Source: an uncultured Acidobacteriota bacterium (GTDB lineage Bacteria > Acidobacteriota > Vicinamibacteria > Fen-336). Taken from it: a stretch of DNA of 64,000 bases. Below are positions 8,713-16,550 of the stretch, piece after piece. A program made the position numbers and the translations under genes. The stretch covers positions 2,306 to 66,305 of the forward strand of contig CADEEV010000005.1 of assembly GCA_902826455.1 (NCBI GenBank), in the 5' to 3' direction. Each line of letters starts with the position of its first letter. Positions within the stretch are counted from its first letter, which is position 1. The notes under the pieces are model-generated. The model searched no databases and was not told the origin of the DNA. It worked only from the letters and a program-made list of their open reading frames with translations.

Positions 8713-11222
8713 GCCGAAAGCGCGGCGAGACGCGCCTCGATGCGGGCCGCGAGCTCCCCGATCGCGGGCTCTTCGAACAGCCCCTTGTGGCCGGCTTCGA
8801 CCGTGGCGACGTCGACGCCCCCGGACGTGAGCCGGCGCAGCGCGTGCTCGGCCTCGAGAGCCGGATCGCGCGAGCCGGCCCCCGCGAAGAAGAGCGCGAG
8901 CGGCGCGCGGACCCGGCCGGGTCGATAGCGGCGCAGCGCGAGCCGATGAGCCCGTACCACGGCGGGCTCGCGTGCCGGGAGCGGCGGACCCGGCTCGCGG
9001 CCGCGCAGGCGGTCCCACGCCGCCCGGATCGCGACCCGGGCCCGGTCCCCGACGTGACGCCGCGCGCCCAGGGGCAGCGGCGGCGGATCCAGGAGCACCA
9101 GGAGCTCGACGCCCTCGCCGCTCGCCTCGAGCTGGGTGGCCATTTCCATCGCGACCGCGGCGCCCATGCAGAAGCCGCCGAGGCGGTAGGGTCCATGAGG
9201 CTGGCGGCCCTTGACCGCCGCCACGTAGTGGGCGGCGATCGCGGGGATCTCCGCGAGCGGTGGATCCACTCCGTCGAAGCCCGGCGCCTGGAGGCCGAAG
9301 AAGGGCCGGCCCTCCAGGTGAGACGCGAGCCTGGCGAAGAACAGCACACCGCCGCCGAGGGCGTGCACGAAGAACAGCGGCGCGCCCGCGCCCGTCGCCC
9401 GGAACGGGACGAGCGGCCCCCAGGCCGTTCCGCCGTAGCCCGCGAAGCGGGCCGCGAGCGCGCGGGGCGAGGGCGCCTCGAAGAGCACGCTCGGCGCGAG
9501 CCGGTTGCCGAGAACCACGTCGAGACGCTGCATCAGGGCGACAGCCGTCAAGGAGTCGCCGCCGAGCTCGAAGAAGTCGTCCTCGGGACCCACGGCGGGG
9601 CGCTCGAGGACCCGCGCGAGCTCGAGGGCGATGACGTGGGCCACGTCGACGTGCGCCTCGCGGGCGCGCTCGGGAGCGGCCGACGACGCTGCGCTCGCGG
9701 GCAGATCGAGCCCGAGGAGCTCGTGGAGGCGCCGGCGCTGGACCTTGCCCGTCGTTCCGCGCGGGATCCGGTCGCGCACGAGGATCCGCGAAGGAACCTT
9801 GAACGGAGCCAGGCGCTGGGCCACGAACGCCCGGAGCTCGGCGGGGTCGACAGCGACTCCGGGCCGTGCCACGACGACGGCCGCGAGATCCTCTCCCAGC
9901 CGGGCATGCGGAACCCCGAACGCGGCCGCGGCAGCGACGGCGGGGTGTGCGAGAAGGGCCTCGTCGACCTCCTGCGGCGACACCTTCTCGCCGCCCCGGT
10001 TGATGCGCTCCCGGAGCCGTCCCGTGATCGTCAGGAAGCCGTCCACGTCGAGGACGCCCTCGTCGCCGGTCCTGAGCCAGTCCCCATGGAAGGCGGCCCG
10101 CGTCGCCTCGGGGTCGCCGTCGTACTCCTTCATCACGCGGTGGCTCCGCACGAGCACTTCACCCGCTCGACCCACGTCGAGCGCCGTGCCCGACTCGTCG
10201 GCGATGCGGATCTCGGCGCCGGCGAAGGCGCGGCCGACCGTGCCGAGCCTCCGCGACTCGGGCTCGCGGCGCGCGCTGGCCACGAGCCCCGCCTCCGTGA
10301 GCGCGTAGCCGTCGAGGACCGGCACGCCGAACACCCTCTCGATGCGCTCGAGCTCGGCGGGCTTGAGGAGCGCCGCCGCCGAGCGGATGAGGCGCAGGCG
10401 GCCGGCACGGATCGCGCGCTCCTGGCCGGCGGCGGCATCGACGATCGCCTGGTGGGCCGTGGGACTGCCTCCGAAGAACGTCGGGCGGGCCGCCTCGAAC
10501 CATTCGAAGAACCGCGCCGGATCGAAGCCCGGCGTCACGAAGACCGGCGCGCGCGACGCCAGCGGATAGACGACGGCGTAGTACAGGCCCGCGAGGTGGA
10601 AGGTGGGCGCGAAGCAGAGGCAGGCGTCGTCCGGGGTCAGGGCCAGCAGCTCGACACCCTCGCTGCCGACCTGGCAGAGCTGGGCGTGGGTGAAGGCGAC
10701 ACGGCGGGACTCGGAGGTGGTTCCGGACGTGTGCAGGAGGACGGCGACGTCGTCCATGGCCGGCGCGCGGAGGAGCGCTTCGGATCCGCGCTCGTCGTCC
10801 GCAAAGGCGAACACGCCGGCGCTCTCGCAGGGGACGATCTCGAGGACGGGAATGGCCCGGGCTCGCGCGGCGGCAGCCGCGGGCACCTCGGCCCCGCCCA
10901 GCACCAGCATCGCGCGGGACCCGAGCCGGGAGAGCAGGCGCGTCGCCTCGTCTTCCGGCGTGCCGGCCGGGATCGGCACGACGACGCAGGCGCACGACGA
11001 GGCCAGGAGGGCGACCGCGGCGTCGGCTCCGTCGGGCAGCGCCAGGACCAGACGGTCGCGCGGCCCCAGGCCCTGAGCCGAGAGACGACGGCGCACCGCG
11101 TTCACGTGATCGAGAAGAGCCCTCCAGGTCGTGGTGGATCTCCCCGGCGCAGCGAACGCAGGCGCGTCCGGGAGCGTGCGGGCCGCCTCTTCCAGCAGCG
11201 CGAGGAGCGTCTCGGCGGGCAT
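8709..11222 (-). CDS. Adenylation (AMP-binding) - peptidyl carrier protein - thioesterase tridomain enzyme (NRPS-like / fatty-acyl-AMP-ligase-like loading-release module)
   Basis: AMP-binding cores (LLHTSGTTSES, GRLRERINRGGEKVSPQEVD, PRGTTGKVQRR). Carrier-protein motif GGDSL. C-terminal alpha/beta thioesterase with GGFCMG (a GxCxG motif, i.e. a Cys nucleophile). Confidence 0.85.
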   Translation of the reverse strand: MPAETLLALLEEAARTLPDAPAFAAPGRSTTTWRALLDHVNAVRRRLSAQGLGPRDRLVLALPDGADAAVALLASSCACVVVPIPAGTPEDEATRLLSRLGSRAMLVLGGAEVPAAAAARARAIPVLEIVPCESAGVFAFADDERGSEALLRAPAMDDVAVLLHTSGTTSESRRVAFTHAQLCQVGSEGVELLALTPDDACLCFAPTFHLAGLYYAVVYPLASRAPVFVTPGFDPARFFEWFEAARPTFFGGSPTAHQAIVDAAAGQERAIRAGRLRLIRSAAALLKPAELERIERVFGVPVLDGYALTEAGLVASARREPESRRLGTVGRAFAGAEIRIADESGTALDVGRAGEVLVRSHRVMKEYDGDPEATRAAFHGDWLRTGDEGVLDVDGFLTITGRLRERINRGGEKVSPQEVDEALLAHPAVAAAAAFGVPHARLGEDLAAVVVARPGVAVDPAELRAFVAQRLAPFKVPSRILVRDRIPRGTTGKVQRRRLHELLGLDLPASAASSAAPERAREAHVDVAHVIALELARVLERPAVGPEDDFFELGGDSLTAVALMQRLDVVLGNRLAPSVLFEAPSPRALAARFAGYGGTAWGPLVPFRATGAGAPLFFVHALGGGVLFFARLASHLEGRPFFGLQAPGFDGVDPPLAEIPAIAAHYVAAVKGRQPHGPYRLGGFCMGAAVAMEMATQLEASGEGVELLVLLDPPPLPLGARRHVGDRARVAIRAAWDRLRGREPGPPLPAREPAVVRAHRLALRRYRPGRVRAPLALFFAGAGSRDPALEAEHALRRLTSGGVDVATVEAGHKGLFEEPAIGELAARIEARLAALSA

Positions 11223-11247
11223 CCGCGCGAGTCTACAATGACCGTGC

Positions 11248-12681
11248 GTGAGCCCGCTCCTGCGACCCGAGCACGTGCAGCATCTCGTGGCGCAGGGCTA
11301 CGGCACGCTCTCCTTCGGCCTGGGCCGCGGTCTCGCCGGGCGTCTCGCGAGCTTGCATCCCGCACTCGAGGGGGAACGGGACTACCAGGCGTGGCTCGAG
11401 TCCCAGGCCAGCCGTCCCGAGACCCGGCAGCCTTCGACCCATCGACCGCTCGTCAGCGTGCTGATGCCGGTGTTCGACGCGCCCGAGCGGTTCCTGCGCG
11501 AGGCGGTCCGATCGCTGCTCGAGCAGTCGTATGAGGAATGGGAGCTGTGTGCGGTGGACGCGGGGCCGGCCGCCTCTCCGGGCGCACGAGCCCTGGCGGA
11601 GCTGGCCCGGGGCGACCGGCGGATCCGCGTGCTGCCCGTGCCCGAGAACCTCGGAATCGCCGGAAACTCCAACGTCGCGCTGCGGGCGGCGCACGGCGCG
11701 TTCGTGGCGACCTTCGACCAGGACGATCGCCTGCACCCCCAGGCTCTCGCCGCGCTCGTCGCGCGCCTCGAGACGCAGCCCGATCTCGACGTCGTCTATT
11801 CGGACATGGACAACATCACGCCGTGGGGCGATCGCTATGCGCCCTTCTTCAAGCCCGACTGGTCGCCCGAGCTGCTGCTCTCGGCCAACTACCTCGCGCA
11901 CTTCAGCTTGATCCGGCGCTCGGCCGTCGAGCACGCCGGCGGCTTCGACACGGCTCTGAACGGAGCCCAGGACTGGGACCTGCTGCTGCGCGTGACCCAC
12001 GCGAACGCTCGCATCGCCCACGTGCCGGAGGTCCTCTACCACTGGCGCGCGTTGCCCACGTCCTGTGCGTCGAGCCTCGACGCCAAGCCCTACGCCCGCG
12101 AGGCCCAACGACGCGCCGTGCAGGCCCAGCTCGACCGGCGCGGCGTGGCGGCCCGCGCCGAGGTCGCGACGGACGGAACCATGCGCCTCTCGGCGCGGGA
12201 CGGGGCCACCGAGGGCCTCGGCGACGTCGTGATCGTCGCCGACCCGCGCCTGGGGCCGCAGCCGGACGAGACATGGCGAGAACTGGCGCTGTGGGCTTCG
12301 GATCCTGCCATCGGCGCGGCCGGAGCCCTGCTGCGCCGGGCGGACGGCCGCATCGAGAGCGCGGGCTACGTCCAGAGCGAGAGCGCCACGCTGTCGCTTT
12401 TCGCGGGCTCGGCCGGAAAGCGCTGGAGCCCGCTGGGCTGGCCTCAGTGGCTCCGCAACGTGACGGAGCCCGTGCCGCTGGCGTTCGCCATGCGGCGCGA
12501 GCTCCACGAACGGCGCGGAGAGCCAGGAGCGCTCGCGGGACTGAGGTGCGTCACGGTGCCGGCGGCCACGATCGCGTGCCCGCCCGGCGTCAGCGTCGAT
12601 CGAGTGAAGCCCGGCGGCGGAGCCGGGCTCGGCTTCAGCCGGAACCTCGACCCGACCTCGCCGGTGCCCCGGCCGCGCTAG
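11248..12681 (+). CDS. Glycosyltransferase family 2 with a C-terminal extension
   Basis: GT-A signature PLVSVLMPVFDAPERFLREAVRSLLEQSY and DxD-type motif FDQDD. Divergent from the A-PCP-TE gene; only 25 bp separate the two start codons. Confidence 0.75.
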   Translation: MSPLLRPEHVQHLVAQGYGTLSFGLGRGLAGRLASLHPALEGERDYQAWLESQASRPETRQPSTHRPLVSVLMPVFDAPERFLREAVRSLLEQSYEEWELCAVDAGPAASPGARALAELARGDRRIRVLPVPENLGIAGNSNVALRAAHGAFVATFDQDDRLHPQALAALVARLETQPDLDVVYSDMDNITPWGDRYAPFFKPDWSPELLLSANYLAHFSLIRRSAVEHAGGFDTALNGAQDWDLLLRVTHANARIAHVPEVLYHWRALPTSCASSLDAKPYAREAQRRAVQAQLDRRGVAARAEVATDGTMRLSARDGATEGLGDVVIVADPRLGPQPDETWRELALWASDPAIGAAGALLRRADGRIESAGYVQSESATLSLFAGSAGKRWSPLGWPQWLRNVTEPVPLAFAMRRELHERRGEPGALAGLRCVTVPAATIACPPGVSVDRVKPGGGAGLGFSRNLDPTSPVPRPR

Positions 12682-13126
12682 TCCTCGATCTGCTGCGCGA
12701 GGTAGTTCGCGAAGCCGAGCTCCTTGATCTGGTGGAGCTGCGCCTCGAGATAGTCGATGTGCTCCTCTTCGCTCGTGAGGATCTCTTCGAGCAGCGCCCG
12801 CGTGCCGTTGTCGCCCTTCTTCGTGGCGAGGGCGATGCCCTCGTTCAGGCGCTTCACGGCGTCGTACTCGAGCTGGAGGTCGACCTCGTGCGGTTGCTCT
12901 TCATGTACGTCTGCATGTTGGGGACGCCGTCCACGTACAGGATGCGGTCCATCACGATCTGGGCGTGCTTCATCTCGCCGATGGATTCCTTGTACGTGTA
13001 GTCGGCGAGGCGCTTGTAGCGCCAGTTCTGGAGCATCCGCGCGTGGATGAAATACTGGTTGATCGCCGTGAGCTCGGCGCACAAGACGTCGTTCAGCACC
13101 TGGATGATCTCGGCGTTGCCCTTCAC
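12678..13126 (-). pseudogene. bfr: Bacterioferritin, disrupted by a frameshift plus an apparent deletion of about 9 codons (or a sequencing error)
   Basis: The N-terminal 72 aa (MKGNAEIIQVLNDVLCAELTAINQYFIHARMLQNWRYKRL...EMKHAQIVMDRILYVDGVPNMQ) match Bfr residues 1-72 and end at a stop at 12854. The C-terminal 77 aa (DVHEEQPHEVDLQLEYDAVKRLNEGI...EEEHIDYLEAQL...) match Bfr residues 82-158 in a different frame that ends at 12678. The junction is near 12893-12913. Confidence 0.7.
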
Positions 13127-13185
13127 CACCACACCTCCCGCGTGAGCGGGATTCTAGTCGGAAAGCGGCGCGAGCCGAAGGGAAA

Positions 13186-13347
13186 CTAGCGCTTCCGGGC
13201 GAGGAAGGCCTTGAGGTCCGGCAGGCAGGCGGTGCAGGTCTGGGCGCAGCCGGTGCGCTTGCCGAGCTCCTCGAGGGTGAGACGATGCTGGTCGAGCTTG
13301 GTCTCGATCTCCTCGAAGCGCATCTCGGCACACTCGCAGCGCGTCAT
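13186..13347 (-). CDS. bfd: Bacterioferritin-associated ferredoxin (Bfd-like [2Fe-2S] domain protein)
   Basis: 53 aa: MTRCECAEMRFEEIE...GCAQTCTACLPDL, with C-x-C...C-x2-C spacing typical of Bfd. It sits immediately upstream of bfr. Track ORF 13186..14319 is over-extended. Confidence 0.75.
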   Translation of the reverse strand: MTRCECAEMRFEEIETKLDQHRLTLEELGKRTGCAQTCTACLPDLKAFLARKR

Positions 13348-13398
13348 GGGCGGCGGAGTGAAGAGCCTCTCGGCGAACGCGGCCATGTCCGGATCATA

Positions 13399-13420
13399 CT
13401 GAACGTGAATTTCAGGTTCA
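13399..13420. promoter_or_regulatory. Inverted repeat (C)TGAAC-N11-GTTCA in the bfd / small-ORF divergent intergenic region; candidate operator
   Basis: ctgaacgtgaatttcaggttca sits in an unusually AT-rich stretch of a 70% GC genome. It matches the Fur consensus only weakly (11/19). Confidence 0.3.
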
Positions 13421-13451
13421 AGTGGTATCGGAAAAAGGGCCGGAATCGGGG

Positions 13452-13460
13452 TGCTAGAAT
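13452..13460 (+). promoter_or_regulatory. Extended -10 promoter element (TGcTAGAAT), 7 nt upstream of the ATG of the 13468 ORF
   Basis: TGnTAnAAT match. No spacing-compatible -35 element. Leaderless-type geometry. Confidence 0.35.
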
Positions 13461-13467
13461 CCCTGCC

Positions 13468-13758
13468 ATGCCCGAGGCGCTCGACGTCACGTGTCCGTGC
13501 TGCGCGGCCCTTCTGAAGATCGACACCGAGACGGGAGCCGTCGTGTGGGTCGACGCGAAGAAGGCGCCGGCCAAGAGCTTCGACGACCTGGTGAGCCGCG
13601 TCCACTCCCAGCGCAGCCTCCTCGACGAGAAGTTCGCGCGCTCGGTCGAGCAGACCAAGAACTCGAAACAGATCCTCGAGAAGAAGTTCGAGGAGGCCCG
13701 GCGGCGCGCCGAAGCCGACCCGACCGGGCGTCCCCCCAATCCCTTCGACAACGAGTAG
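13468..13758 (+). CDS. Hypothetical small protein (96 aa) with an N-terminal CPCC motif and a Lys/Glu-rich C-terminus
   Basis: Hydrophilic, protein-like composition (MPEALDVTCPCCAALLKIDTETGAVVWVDAKKAPAKSF...). The track start at 13285 is over-extended. Confidence 0.5.
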   Translation: MPEALDVTCPCCAALLKIDTETGAVVWVDAKKAPAKSFDDLVSRVHSQRSLLDEKFARSVEQTKNSKQILEKKFEEARRRAEADPTGRPPNPFDNE

Positions 13759-13764
13759 CGGACG

Positions 13765-14286
13765 GTGCTCTCCGTCCGTAGCGGGGCCGTCTGGATCGCT
13801 GGACTCTGGCTGGGCCTGCTGGTGGCCTCTTGGGTGTCGGCCACCTCGAGCTTCCGGGCCGTCGATCGGGTGCTGGGGTCCGAGGCGCCGGCCGAGTTCC
13901 AGAGCCGCCTCTCGGGCGTAGCGCCGACCGAGCGCCGCGTCGTCCTTCGCTATCTGGCCTCGGAGATCAATCGCTGGATGTTCCGGCGCTGGGCTCTCTT
14001 CCAGGTTGTGCTGGCCCTGATCCTCGTGGCCCTCGCATGGAGCGCCGGCGTCTCGGCGCGGATCGTGGCCGCCCTCGCCCTCCTCATCGTCCTCACCCAG
14101 ACGTTCGCCCTCGGTCCCGGCATCGAGGCCTTCGGCCGCTCCCTGGACTTCCTGCCGCGTCCCCTGGCGCCCGACGTGGCCCGGCGCTTCGGCCTGTGGC
14201 ACGGCGGGTTCCTCGTCCTCGATCTCGCGAAGGCCCTGCTGCTGATCTCGTCGGCCTGGCTGCTCGGCCGCCGTTCGCTGCCCTAG
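13765..14286 (+). CDS. Hypothetical integral membrane protein (3-4 TM helices)
   Basis: Hydrophobic helices (AVWIAGLWLGLLVASWVSA; ALFQVVLALILVALAWSAGV...). GTG start. Tightly linked to the downstream GT2 (TAGaGTG). Confidence 0.55.
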   Translation: MLSVRSGAVWIAGLWLGLLVASWVSATSSFRAVDRVLGSEAPAEFQSRLSGVAPTERRVVLRYLASEINRWMFRRWALFQVVLALILVALAWSAGVSARIVAALALLIVLTQTFALGPGIEAFGRSLDFLPRPLAPDVARRFGLWHGGFLVLDLAKALLLISSAWLLGRRSLP

Positions 14287-14287
14287 A

Positions 14288-15280
14288 GTGGCGCCGCTCT
14301 CGATCCTCATCCCGGTCAAGGACGGCGCGGCCTACCTCCGAAAGACGCTCCCCGCCCTGGCGGTCGGCCTCGAGCCCGGCGACGAGGTCCTGGTCAGCGA
14401 CGACGGCTCGAGGGACGACGCCGCAGCGGTCGCCGCCGCTCACGGGGCGCGCTTCCTGCCACATGCGGAGAACACCGGGCCGGCAGGCGCACGCAATCGC
14501 GCAGCGCGAGTCGCCCGCTCTGCGCTGCTGGTCTTCCTCGATGCGGACGTTCGTGTGCACGCCGAGACTCTGCATCGGCTGCGGCACGCCCTCGACGATG
14601 CGTCCCTGGTGGCAGCCTTCGGCTCCTACGACGCGCGACCGGAGGCGGGGGCATGGGTCAGCGTCTACAAGAATCTCGCCCACCACTTCGTCCACCAACG
14701 TTCCGGCGGTGAGGCGTCCACGTTCTGGGCCGGCTGCGGCGTGATTCGCGCGGACGTCTTCCGAGATCTCGGGGGCTTCGACGAAGGCTACCGGAGGCCC
14801 TCGATCGAAGACGTGGAGCTCGGCTACCGGCTGCGCGCGGCCGGCCATCGCATCCGGCTGCTTCCCGAGATCCAGGTCACCCATCTCAAGGAATGGTCGC
14901 TTGGGAGCTGGCTGCGCGCGGACCTCGTCGACCGCGCGATCCCCTGGGCGCGACTCCTGGCCGAAGGTCGCGGCCTGCCGCGGGATCTCAACTTCACGCG
15001 TCGCGACCGGCTCGCCTCGGGTCTCGTGGCGCTCGGGCTCGGCGCCCTCGCCGCCAGTCTCCTCTGGCCGGCGGCGGCGATCGCGGCCGGCGGCGCCTGG
15101 CTCGTGGCCGTGGCCCTCGACGCGCCGTTCCTGCTCTTCTGCGCACGCCACGAATCAGTGGCCTTCGCCCTGGCCGCGGCGGCCTTCCAGCTCCTGCATC
15201 GGGCAGCCGGCCTCGTCGGCCTCGCGATCGGGCTGGTGACGCCGCGGGCGCGGGTTGCCACCGCGGGGCCCTCCACCTAA
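14288..15280 (+). CDS. GT2 glycosyltransferase with C-terminal TM helices (polyprenyl-phosphate sugar transferase-like, GtrB/ArnC-type architecture)
   Basis: LSILIPVKDGAAYLRKTL, VSDDGSRDD and FLDADV motifs, with two C-terminal hydrophobic helices. Confidence 0.8.
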   Translation: MAPLSILIPVKDGAAYLRKTLPALAVGLEPGDEVLVSDDGSRDDAAAVAAAHGARFLPHAENTGPAGARNRAARVARSALLVFLDADVRVHAETLHRLRHALDDASLVAAFGSYDARPEAGAWVSVYKNLAHHFVHQRSGGEASTFWAGCGVIRADVFRDLGGFDEGYRRPSIEDVELGYRLRAAGHRIRLLPEIQVTHLKEWSLGSWLRADLVDRAIPWARLLAEGRGLPRDLNFTRRDRLASGLVALGLGALAASLLWPAAAIAAGGAWLVAVALDAPFLLFCARHESVAFALAAAAFQLLHRAAGLVGLAIGLVTPRARVATAGPST

Positions 15281-15319
15281 GATCGCTCGGGGGCCGCATC
15301 ACCCGAGGAGGTCGCAAGA

Positions 15320-15805
15320 ATGAAGCGCCGAAGCGTTCTCGTCTCCGTTCTCACCCTGCTGGCGATCCCGGCACTGGCCCATGCCGCTCCGCGCGGCGAG
15401 GCCAAGGCCGTCGTTGCCGGCAAGACCGTCTCGATCGACTACGGCCGGCCCAGCCTGCAGGGTCGCGACATGCTCGGGCGCGCGACGCCGGGCGAGCCGT
15501 GGCGCATGGGCGCCGACGCGGCCACGGTGCTCACGAGCGACGCGGAGCTGACCTTCGGGACCACGGTCGTGCCCAAGGGCTCGTACACCCTGACCGCCAC
15601 CAAGGACGACAAGGGCGGCTGGACGCTGAACATCCGCGACAAGGCCGACAAGACGAAGGTCGTGGCCGACGCCCCGCTCGCCGCCTCGACCGTCAAGGAC
15701 AGCGTCGAGATGTTCACGATCGACCTCAAGGGCGAAAAGAACAAGGGCACCCTCACGATGACGTGGGGCACCGCCGCCTTCACGACGAGCTTCACCGCGA
15801 AGTAG
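15320..15805 (+). CDS. Secreted DUF2911-family protein
   Basis: Signal peptide MKRRSVLVSVLTLLAIPALAHA and DUF2911-like core (KTVSIDYGRPSLQGRDMLG...GEPWRMGADAATVLTSD). Strong SD GAGGAGG. Confidence 0.7.
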   Translation: MKRRSVLVSVLTLLAIPALAHAAPRGEAKAVVAGKTVSIDYGRPSLQGRDMLGRATPGEPWRMGADAATVLTSDAELTFGTTVVPKGSYTLTATKDDKGGWTLNIRDKADKTKVVADAPLAASTVKDSVEMFTIDLKGEKNKGTLTMTWGTAAFTTSFTAK

Positions 15806-15811
15806 CCGTCC

Positions 15812-15831
15812 CGGGCGCCGCCAGGCGCCCG
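15812..15831. terminator. Perfect 8-bp GC hairpin (CGGGCGCC-GCCA-GGCGCCCG) between the convergent DUF2911 and dedA genes
   Basis: The stem-loop is seen directly in the sequence. There is no U-tract, so intrinsic-terminator function is uncertain. Confidence 0.35.
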
Positions 15832-15838
15832 CGATCCC

Positions 15839-16537
15839 TCAGCGGGCCTCTCCGCCGCTGCCCGCTGGGGGGTTCGATCGCTCCTTGTAGACGGTCCAGG
15901 CGATCGGCAGCACCGACAGGAAGACGATGCCGAGGGCGATCTTGTCGATGTTGCGGGCGAGATCGAAGCCCGGCCACACGCGCTGCAGGACCGGTGGCAG
16001 GAAATAGCCGGCCAGCAGCATGCTCCACACCCACGTGAAGGCGCCGATGACGTTGTAGGGCAGGAACGTGCGCAGCGGCATCTTGATGACGCCCGCCACG
16101 ATCGGCGCGAAGGTCCGCACGATCGGCACCCAGCGCCCGGCCACGATGAAGAACGTGCCCCACCGGCCGTAGAAGTCCTCGGTCTTCTTGAGGTACGCCT
16201 GCTTGAAGATGGGGATGCCGAGGACGCTGACGTCGCGCCAGGAGTAGAGGGCGCGGCCGAACCAGGTGCCGATCCAGTACCCCACCTGGTCGCCGACGAT
16301 CGCGCAGACGGGCACGAGGGCGAGCATGGTGCTGAGCGGCAACAGGGGGCGGCCGTCCGCCCCTGGCGTCGCCGCGAAGATCCCGCACAAGACCAGCAGC
16401 GAGTCGCCGGGCAGCAGGGCGAAGAAGCCCGTCTCGGCGAAGATGATCAGACAGATGGCCGGGAGGCCACCTGCCTGGATGAGCCACTGGATGCCCTCCG
16501 GCTTCAGCAGCCAGAGCAGCTTGTGGACGAGCTCCAC
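15839..16537 (-). CDS. DedA-family (VTT/SNARE-associated domain) membrane protein
   Basis: Typical DedA core (LLPGDSLLVLCGIFAA; FIVAGRWVPIVRTFAPIVAGV). Confidence 0.85.
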   Translation of the reverse strand: MELVHKLLWLLKPEGIQWLIQAGGLPAICLIIFAETGFFALLPGDSLLVLCGIFAATPGADGRPLLPLSTMLALVPVCAIVGDQVGYWIGTWFGRALYSWRDVSVLGIPIFKQAYLKKTEDFYGRWGTFFIVAGRWVPIVRTFAPIVAGVIKMPLRTFLPYNVIGAFTWVWSMLLAGYFLPPVLQRVWPGFDLARNIDKIALGIVFLSVLPIAWTVYKERSNPPAGSGGEAR

Positions 16538-16550
16538 GCGAGATCAGTCG

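Noticed and set aside
7517-11534. Long overlapping ORFs 7517..9349 (-), 7573..9018 (-, upstream part) and 8787..11534 (+)
   Set aside because: These are alternative-frame or antisense readings across the GT1 and A-PCP-TE genes with low-complexity Arg/Ser/Pro composition. The true GT1 starts at TTG 8712, shown by the TTGA coupling and family-typical N-terminus.
13186-14319. 377-aa minus ORF spanning bfd
   Set aside because: Only the last 53 codons (the Bfd [2Fe-2S] domain) are coding. The upstream 320 codons are antisense to the plus-strand small-protein/membrane/GT2 genes and are low-complexity.
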